Below are positions 58,342 to 64,000 of a stretch of DNA of 64,000 nucleotides, piece by piece. The notes under the pieces are model-generated. The model saw only the letters and a list, made by a program, of their open reading frames with translations. It did no database searches and was not told the origin of the DNA. Location: the NCBI GenBank assembly GCA_045585895.1, contig JAZMZI010000144.1, positions 647 to 64,646 on the forward strand, read 5' to 3'. Source of the DNA: Eubacteriales bacterium (GTDB lineage Bacteria > Bacillota > Clostridia > Oscillospirales > CAG-272). The position numbers were made by a program, and so were the translations under genes. Position 1 is the first letter of the stretch; each line of letters starts with the position of its first letter.

Positions 58342-59088
58342 ATGATAGAAGATATTTTTTACTATAGGCATAATAAATACGGGCCTCAAAAAAATATAGA
58401 CAGTCACCAAATCAAATTTCACGAACTGACTTTTTTGCTTGACGGTAAAATGTCATATCATATTGACGGCGAAAAATACGATATGGTAAGCGGTGATATA
58501 GTATACCTTCCTCCGGGAAGTATAAGGCAGAGAAATATCGGAAACGGGCATAATGATTACATCAGTATCAATTTTTACGCCAATAAAAGAATTGCCTTAC
58601 AATCGCACATATCAAACGGAATAACTGAAGAGATAAAGCTTCTTCTGGCGTATTTGGACACGGAGCAAAGAAACCCAACTAATATAAATCTTAAAAAGAT
58701 GAATTATCTCCTTGAAGCAATGATAATGCAGATATTTGATAATATTATGGCGAGCAGCAAGACATCGCTGTCTACGCAGATCTCCAACTATCTTATATGT
58801 CATTATAGTGAGCGCATTTCCCTCGAGGACATAAGCAAGGAGACTTTTTTTTCAGTTGCTTACTGTGAAAGTGAGTTCAGGAAGGCTTTCGGTAAATCTA
58901 TTATTAATTATTTGATAGATATCAGAATTGCAGAGGCCAAAAAATTGTTGAACGATACGTCGCTTCCCTGTTCGACCATATCGTCTATGGTAGGTTTTGA
59001 CGACGCAAGCTATTTTTCGAGGGTCTTTAAGAAAAGAATCGGTTGTTCTCCTTTGAAATACCGTTCGATGTTTGGTGAGAGTAAATAA
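58342..59088 (+). CDS. AraC-family transcriptional regulator, divergent from the SDR operon
   Basis: It has a cupin N-terminus and the HTH_18 C-terminus (ISSMVGFDDASYFSRVFKKRIG). Confidence 0.85.
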   Translation: MIEDIFYYRHNKYGPQKNIDSHQIKFHELTFLLDGKMSYHIDGEKYDMVSGDIVYLPPGSIRQRNIGNGHNDYISINFYANKRIALQSHISNGITEEIKLLLAYLDTEQRNPTNINLKKMNYLLEAMIMQIFDNIMASSKTSLSTQISNYLICHYSERISLEDISKETFFSVAYCESEFRKAFGKSIINYLIDIRIAEAKKLLNDTSLPCSTISSMVGFDDASYFSRVFKKRIGCSPLKYRSMFGESK

Positions 59089-59100
59089 ATACAGAAAAGC

Positions 59101-59130
59101 GGTCGCGCATACCATTCGGGATGCGCGACC
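59101..59130. terminator. Bidirectional terminator
   Basis: GGTCGCGCAT...ATGCGCGACC forms a 10-bp stem. Confidence 0.7.
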
Positions 59131-59150
59131 TGATTTTATTCAGTTGGATT

Positions 59151-59993
59151 TCAGCAACCGCATTTACCGCCGTTTCCCTTGTCGTGAGGAGTGTGTGGAG
59201 TTGTGCAGGGCGTGCATGAAAATTCAGAAATCGGGAATGCCATGGCTCTGAATACACTGCAAGGATCATCGTTTGAAGGTGAAATGCACTCTTTGTCGGG
59301 AATGACGTATTCGGTAGCGGATATAAGGAACTGTCCGGGACGAACTATTCTTACTATTGAAAAGATTCCGAGAGATACGGCAAGATATCTTCTGTCATCA
59401 TCGTCGTCATAGTAAATATTACCGTTGAGATTTCTGCCTACCATCTCGGGAATATCGCCTGCACAGCAGCAACAGCAGCAGCACTCGTTGATGCTCTCGA
59501 CGACGTTTACGCCAAGAACGATAGGCTCAGCTACTTCCACTACGCCTGTAGGCAGATTGTTTTCTTTGCAACAAGGCTCGATGCGAGAGCAGAAATCCGA
59601 GAAATCTCCGCCGCCTCGGAAGGTGCTTACGTTGCAGTCGCCGCCGTAAAGAATGACCTTTTTGTCAAGAACGGCGATTCCCTCAAATTCCTGAGAACGA
59701 CCGTTTCCGATACAAGCTTCAAACGTCAGTTTAACGTAGAATCTGATGTTGACAGTGTAAAATCCTCTGTTGAACTGAACGGGATCAAGGCTTATATGAG
59801 TTTCGGTGATACACGCGCTTTTAACTCTGACCGTAGCGGTATGCTCAATTATCTCTTTGCCAAGATCGGTCAAAAAAACTCTTACGTTTTCGAAGCAGTC
59901 GCGGTCTCTGCAAGAGTCAAGTATTCTGTTGGTTTCTATACAAACAGTTTCCAAGCCTTTAGCGGGGCCGCATGAAAATCTGTTATCTTGCAT
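59151..59993 (-). CDS. Cysteine-rich hypothetical protein (280 aa) with Cys7 and Asp5 runs
   Basis: I chose the ATG at 59993 with an AGGGGG RBS. I count 23 Cys, including ECCCCCCCAG, YYDDDDDRRY and the C-terminal CTPCTTPHTPHDKGNGGKCGC. Confidence 0.7.
   Translation of the reverse strand: MQDNRFSCGPAKGLETVCIETNRILDSCRDRDCFENVRVFLTDLGKEIIEHTATVRVKSACITETHISLDPVQFNRGFYTVNIRFYVKLTFEACIGNGRSQEFEGIAVLDKKVILYGGDCNVSTFRGGGDFSDFCSRIEPCCKENNLPTGVVEVAEPIVLGVNVVESINECCCCCCCAGDIPEMVGRNLNGNIYYDDDDDRRYLAVSLGIFSIVRIVRPGQFLISATEYVIPDKECISPSNDDPCSVFRAMAFPISEFSCTPCTTPHTPHDKGNGGKCGC
59463..59483 (-). repeat. Trinucleotide run (TGY)7 encoding the Cys7 tract
   Basis: The minus strand reads TGC TGC TGC TGT TGC TGC TGT. 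Confidence 0.9.
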
Positions 59994-60050
59994 AAATAAT
60001 CCCCCTATATGTTTTTTTGTCGGAAAGCCGTGAAACAACTTTCTCAATAT

Positions 60051-60077
60051 CATTCTATGTCGAATGTGGGGGATTGT
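60051..60077 (-). promoter_or_regulatory. Possible SigK-type promoter upstream of the Cys-rich gene
   Basis: The minus strand reads AC-16 nt-CATAGAATG, which has the same form as the candidate upstream of dpaA. Confidence 0.3.
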
Positions 60078-60083
60078 TACGGA

Positions 60084-60121
60084 GAAAAAATAAAAATTCC
60101 GAAGGTTGAAATGCTTCGGAA
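60084..60121 (-). terminator. Intrinsic terminator after the P-loop-DUF1980 gene
   Basis: On the minus strand, the stem TTCCGAAG / CTTCGGAA is followed by TTTTTATTTTTT. Confidence 0.7.
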
Positions 60122-60143
60122 ATTTTATTATTTAATATTATTT

Positions 60144-61094
60144 TTAATAGAAAGTTGCAACTTCCTTTTCGGGTTTGTCGGTAAACGCACTGCTTTCCGC
60201 ATAAAGAACGGGTCCGGGACGACCGTATAGCTTGTTCTTTTCTATTTTTATTTTACCCTGAACGTTTAACCAGTCGTAATTCTTGTATGAAACGTTTGAC
60301 TTGAACTTGCAAACAAGACCGCTGTAAGCAATATCCTCAACACAGCAGGTCATAACGTGTCGACCAATGACGATCGCATCCTTGCCAAGCTTCATGTCTC
60401 GTGCAACTATGCCCTTAAATTTGACGGTTTTGCCCTCGTATTTTTCCATTTCTTCGCTGAGGTCTCTGTACCAGATAGCATAGTCGTCGTCCTCGATAAC
60501 GATAACGGGAGCTTCAATATCAAAAGGCAGAGGATCTTCTATTTCGTCGTACTCAACGTGACCGTCGGGATAATCGTAGGTAATGGTGGCGCGACGGGAA
60601 ATACCGCGTACTATCTTGTGCACCTCGTCCTTGTCGATATTATCAGGGGTACGGTTAAGAACGATCATCTCGCAGGACATAAGCTTATCGACCATAAGGC
60701 TTCGCATATTCTGATTGTACGCAAAAAAAGTGTTGGCATCGGCAAACATCATGTTCTGGAAGATAAACCAGTCGGTGGGTAGGTTATCGTAAAGAGTTGC
60801 TAACTGCCACATGCCGTTATATTCGATTATAACGCGGTCGATCTTGTGTCCGTTACGGCAAGCTTCGAGCTTTTCTGCCGTCACGTCGCTTTCGCTGTCA
60901 AGCGTTTCAAGATATACGTTTTTACCGCTGAATTCCGATACGTCAAGCTCTTCAATGCCCTCTTCGCAAAGGATTATAAGGGTCTTTTCACCGGTGTTAA
61001 AACGTTCGTCTGCCATAGATTCCTGAATTATATGAGTTTTCCCGCCTTCAAGAAATCCGGTAAAAAGATATACGGGGATAGTAGGTTGTGCCAT
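60144..61094 (-). CDS. Fusion of a G3E/CobW-like P-loop domain with a DUF1980 (TIGR03943-type) C-terminal domain
   Basis: The N-terminus has YLFTGFLEGGKTH (GxxxxGKT) and LCEEGIEE but no CxCC motif. The C-terminus has HVMTCCVEDIAYSG and a YGRPGPVLYA pattern typical of DUF1980. Confidence 0.7.
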   Translation of the reverse strand: MAQPTIPVYLFTGFLEGGKTHIIQESMADERFNTGEKTLIILCEEGIEELDVSEFSGKNVYLETLDSESDVTAEKLEACRNGHKIDRVIIEYNGMWQLATLYDNLPTDWFIFQNMMFADANTFFAYNQNMRSLMVDKLMSCEMIVLNRTPDNIDKDEVHKIVRGISRRATITYDYPDGHVEYDEIEDPLPFDIEAPVIVIEDDDYAIWYRDLSEEMEKYEGKTVKFKGIVARDMKLGKDAIVIGRHVMTCCVEDIAYSGLVCKFKSNVSYKNYDWLNVQGKIKIEKNKLYGRPGPVLYAESSAFTDKPEKEVATFY

Positions 61095-61121
61095 TTTAAA
61101 AACCTTTCTTATTACAATAAA

Positions 61122-62270
61122 TTATGCAAGTTCAACTCCAAGAGACTCGGATATTAAATCCTTGTTGAGCTTTGAACCGATAACGCAAAGGCGACCGATA
61201 ATTCCTGCGCCGCCAAAACGTACGTCAGGTTCACCGGGAATATAGTCGAAATGTATCCATCTGCCATCATCGGAAGCAACGATTCCTTTTGCTCGAAGAA
61301 CCATTCCGTACTTTTCAGTATCGGTAAAGCTCTCAAGAGCCTCACGAAGCACATCTGCGTTGAACTTCTTTGTGGTTTCCGCGCCAAAGCTTACGAACAC
61401 TTCATCTGCATGATGGTGATGGTGGTCGTGATCGTGGTGGTGACCGCAGGAGCAGTTGCCGTGCTCGTCATATTCGTGGTGGTGATGCTCGTGGTCGTGA
61501 CAATGGCAATCCTCGTCGTGATCGTGGTGGTGATGCTCGTGGTCGTGACAATGGCAATCCTCGTCGTGATCGCGGTGATGATGCTCGTGGTCGTGACAGT
61601 GGCAATCCTCGTCGTGATCGTGGTGATGATGCTCGTGGGCCTCTTCTTCAAGCTCGCTTATTTCTGACTCGAGAGTAGATTTTCTCTCCATTGCCTCAAG
61701 CAATTGAGCACCGGTAAGCTGTTCCCAAGGGGTGGAAACGATAACTGCGGTAGCATTGTGCTCTTTAAGAAGCGCAACGCAATCGGCGATCTTCTGATCG
61801 GTCATTTTTCCTGTGTGGCTGAGCACGATACAACCTGCGTTCTCTACCTGATCGTTGAAAAACTCGCCAAAGTTTTTCATGTGCATCTTGCACTTGTTGG
61901 CATCAACGACGGTGGTAAATCCGTTAAGCTCAGCTCCCTCGGTATCAGCGTTTTTAACAGCCTTTATAACGTCCGAGAGCTTGCCTACGCCCGAAGGCTC
62001 AATAAGAATACGGTCGGGAGCATATTCGGCAATAACCTTTTTGAGAGCCGCCGCAAAATCTCCTACAAGGGAGCAGCAGATGCATCCCGAGTTCATTTCG
62101 TTGATCTTTATGCCTGCTTCGGCAAGAAATCCGCCGTCAATACCGATCTCTCCGAATTCATTTTCGATAAGAACTATTTTTTCACCCTGATAAGCTTCTT
62201 CAATAAGCTTTTTGATGAGAGTAGTCTTTCCCGCACCGAGAAATCCTGAAAAAATGTCAATTTTAGTCAT
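61122..62270 (-). CDS. COG0523/CobW-family metallochaperone GTPase with a His/Asp/Cys-rich insert
   Basis: It has the GFLGAGKTT P-loop, ENEFGEIGID, the GCICCS CxCC motif, three HDHDEDCHCHDHEHHH repeats, and a CobW_C-like C-terminus. Confidence 0.88.
   Translation of the reverse strand: MTKIDIFSGFLGAGKTTLIKKLIEEAYQGEKIVLIENEFGEIGIDGGFLAEAGIKINEMNSGCICCSLVGDFAAALKKVIAEYAPDRILIEPSGVGKLSDVIKAVKNADTEGAELNGFTTVVDANKCKMHMKNFGEFFNDQVENAGCIVLSHTGKMTDQKIADCVALLKEHNATAVIVSTPWEQLTGAQLLEAMERKSTLESEISELEEEAHEHHHHDHDEDCHCHDHEHHHRDHDEDCHCHDHEHHHHDHDEDCHCHDHEHHHHEYDEHGNCSCGHHHDHDHHHHHADEVFVSFGAETTKKFNADVLREALESFTDTEKYGMVLRAKGIVASDDGRWIHFDYIPGEPDVRFGGAGIIGRLCVIGSKLNKDLISESLGVELA
61476..61639. repeat. 48-bp tandem repeat, about 3.4 copies, inside the COG0523 gene
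   Basis: Copies 61476-61523 and 61524-61571 are identical. Copy 61572-61619 differs at a few positions. A partial fourth copy follows. Confidence 0.9.
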
Positions 62271-62353
62271 TTTAATTGCCTTTCCTTAAAACTTATTATA
62301 AACAAATAGAATTATAAACCCAAAAGATTCAAAAGTCAATGATTATTATAAAA

Positions 62354-62797
62354 TTACTTTGTTCCTGTAGAGCCGAAGCCGCCGGCACCTCGAACGGTGT
62401 CGGAAAGAGAGTCTTTGAGGTCAAAATCTGCGGTATAAAAAGGAACAAAAGATATCTGTGCAATTCTCTCTCCGTTTTCAACGGTTTGTGCCACGTTACT
62501 GTGGTTATGAAGTGCAACCATTATTTCCCCGCGGTAATCACTGTCTATAACACCGACCTTATTTGCGGGAGCGAGACCGCGTTTGGTAGCCATGCCGCTA
62601 CGGGCAAAAATCAAGCCTACAAGACCTTCGGGGATAGCCATAGCCAGTCCCGTGTGAATCAGCTTGGTTTCATTGGGAGCGATAGTAATAGGCTCGTCAA
62701 TAAGCGCGTAAATGTCAGCACCTGCGGAAAACTCAGTACCGTAGCTGGGAATTATTGCTCTATCGTCAAGTTTTTTTATTTCAACTTTTGTTTTCAT
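62354..62797 (-). CDS. dut: dUTP diphosphatase
   Basis: The motifs SAGADIYA, GVIDSDYRGEI and RGAGGFGSTG are present. I chose the ATG at 62797 with a GGAG RBS. Confidence 0.88.
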   Translation of the reverse strand: MKTKVEIKKLDDRAIIPSYGTEFSAGADIYALIDEPITIAPNETKLIHTGLAMAIPEGLVGLIFARSGMATKRGLAPANKVGVIDSDYRGEIMVALHNHSNVAQTVENGERIAQISFVPFYTADFDLKDSLSDTVRGAGGFGSTGTK

Positions 62798-62850
62798 AAT
62801 TTTTTCTCCAAAGTAATTCAATATAATACTGTCATTATATCAAAAAATAA

Positions 62851-64000
62851 TTAAGAAATGGTTAACATGGCCAATTTTTGGGGAGAAAAAATAAAAAGCC
62901 CACAGTGTGGGGTGAAGTAAAGATATATAGCAACGTCACCGTGCGCCTTACCCTGACCGTACTGCACAAGCACGTCGTCAATCGTCGATTCTATGATTTC
63001 GTCAACCTTGGACCAAGCATCCGATTTTGCATTTTCAGAATTTGTCGAAATTTTCTTGTTGACATTTTCTTTGGACTGTGCTATACTTATAGTAGAGTTA
63101 GCGGTTGAAAGGCGAGCGGGCAATTGCAGCCCGTGAGTAGCCAACAATGAGCTAACTCTTTTTTTATCCTCTGCAAAAAATAACACCTCGTTATTTTTTA
63201 ATGCATATTCAATAAGACCTTTCACGTTTCTGCCATAAGCAGTGGCCACAAAATTTGTATCCAATTTTATAGATTTGCCAATTTCAATATCGAGGTATGT
63301 TCCATCCTGCGACACCCAAACCGGTATTATCATATGGCCTTTATCAGTAATGATGTCGGTAATTACGACAACGCTATCATTGGGATTGGTTTTTGATTTT
63401 AATATCATCACGGGATCTGCTACTGCATCTGGTATTTGCTTGATTAAATCAATACTCATTTCATCATGCTTTGCTAAAATTTCTTTAATTTTAGAGTTTC
63501 GCATAAGCAATGGTTTATTCTCAAATCCTATATTTATCAAAACATCGGGAGTTTTACCAACATACAAATCGTACACTGGGTTGTGTTTACCTGTAATGAC
63601 ATCATCAATCTGATCTGCAAAAGATTTGCGATATGATTGTTCTGTCCCATCCTCCCTCTCAACCTCCGCCAAAAGCTCGCCAATACCCGCCGCGCCGAAT
63701 GCGTCGTGAAGCTTAGCCTTCACGCCTGTAAGGTCGGCGGTCTTTTTCTTCATCGGTGTAGGCACCTTTTCAAGGAACATAGCGTCGGCGCCTAGGCTCT
63801 CCGCCTGCGCCGTGATCTCCAGCATAACGTTGTTTCTCACACCGGCATTGACCATCTTTACGATGTTGTTTATGATGTTATCTACGGGATGCACAATGTC
63901 AAGTCCGCTTCCTATCGCCTTCTTCACCGTGCTATTTTGGTTTGCATAGCCCCTCTTGGCTCCGATCGTCCCCGCCTTGCCTACGGCGCGGTTCAAAGGG
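62851..64000 (-). CDS. Fragment of a large phage/ICE polyvalent protein containing a MuF-C-terminal-type domain; the N-terminus is off-window
   Basis: The frame is open to base 64000, and the track M at 63996 is a TTG. The segment DPVMILKSKTNPNDSVVVITD..IIPVWVSQDG..TNFVATAYGRN..LFFAEDKKR matches the MuF_C pattern as I recall it. The last roughly 25 residues look like junk sequence. Confidence 0.6.
   Translation of the reverse strand, partial: PLNRAVGKAGTIGAKRGYANQNSTVKKAIGSGLDIVHPVDNIINNIVKMVNAGVRNNVMLEITAQAESLGADAMFLEKVPTPMKKKTADLTGVKAKLHDAFGAAGIGELLAEVEREDGTEQSYRKSFADQIDDVITGKHNPVYDLYVGKTPDVLINIGFENKPLLMRNSKIKEILAKHDEMSIDLIKQIPDAVADPVMILKSKTNPNDSVVVITDIITDKGHMIIPVWVSQDGTYLDIEIGKSIKLDTNFVATAYGRNVKGLIEYALKNNEVLFFAEDKKRVSSLLATHGLQLPARLSTANSTISIAQSKENVNKKISTNSENAKSDAWSKVDEIIESTIDDVLVQYGQGKAHGDVAIYLYFTPHCGLFIFSPQKLAMLTIS

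Noticed and set aside
61251-61678. Val-rich, Arg/Asp/Gly-rich and Thr/Ile-rich ORFs across the repeat region
   Set aside because: They are alternative-frame readings of the 48-bp His-codon repeats inside the COG0523 gene, so they are periodic artefacts.
62336-62350. Zur/Fur box upstream of the COG0523 gene as a feature call
   Set aside because: Only about 8 of 11 core positions match a Zur-type half palindrome and the symmetry is poor. It is mentioned as a hint only, not annotated.
1-64000. CRISPR arrays, rRNA genes, and defence systems (restriction-modification, toxin-antitoxin, retron, CBASS and similar)
   Set aside because: I saw no regularly spaced direct repeats, no rRNA-like conserved segments, and no nuclease, helicase, methylase or reverse transcriptase gene combinations anywhere in the window.

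Overview
This window looks like chromosomal DNA from a spore-forming Firmicute, probably Clostridia (dpaA/dpaB, spoIIID and a pdaA-like gene are present). No database or folding tool was available, so every family call rests on motifs I recognise in the translations. Every repeat or hairpin was read by eye from the sequence. Most of the window is housekeeping: rhaB, prs, nagB, ldh, a type II topoisomerase A subunit, sua5, prfA, coaE, dusB, murE, glgB, nadE, proC, a TrmH-family methyltransferase, dut and one tRNA-Arg(CCU). Interleaved with these are carbohydrate genes (GH35, GH30, GH36) and three AraC-linked accessory loci. Both window edges carry mobile-element fragments: a partial IS1182/IS5-like transposase at the start, and a truncated MuF-C-type polyvalent protein next to dut at the end. 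No CRISPR array, rRNA or recognisable defence system is present. The candidates I consider most worth follow-up are: (1) a divergently AraC-linked operon of HpcH-type aldolase, amidohydrolase_2, D-2-hydroxyacid dehydrogenase, a 1066-aa unclassifiable cytoplasmic protein and an esterase, with a perfect 56-bp tandem duplication across the last gene junction; (2) an operon of SDR, two xylose-isomerase-like TIM barrels and two tandem Gfo/Idh/MocA paralogues, which resembles oxidative (3-keto) glycoside-cleavage systems; (3) a DegT-type aminotransferase plus Gfo/Idh/MocA pair (NtdA/NtdC- or WbpE/WbpB-like chemistry) bracketed by AraC regulators, with no biosynthetic context; (4) a metal-handling cluster (a COG0523 GTPase with a 48-bp-repeat His-rich insert, and a P-loop-DUF1980 fusion) beside a 280-aa protein carrying a run of seven consecutive Cys, a run of five Asp and a possible SigK-type promoter; (5) a structured intergenic module present in two partly conserved copies; (6) a perfect 25-bp inverted repeat that includes the 3' acceptor strand and CCA of the tRNA-Arg gene.
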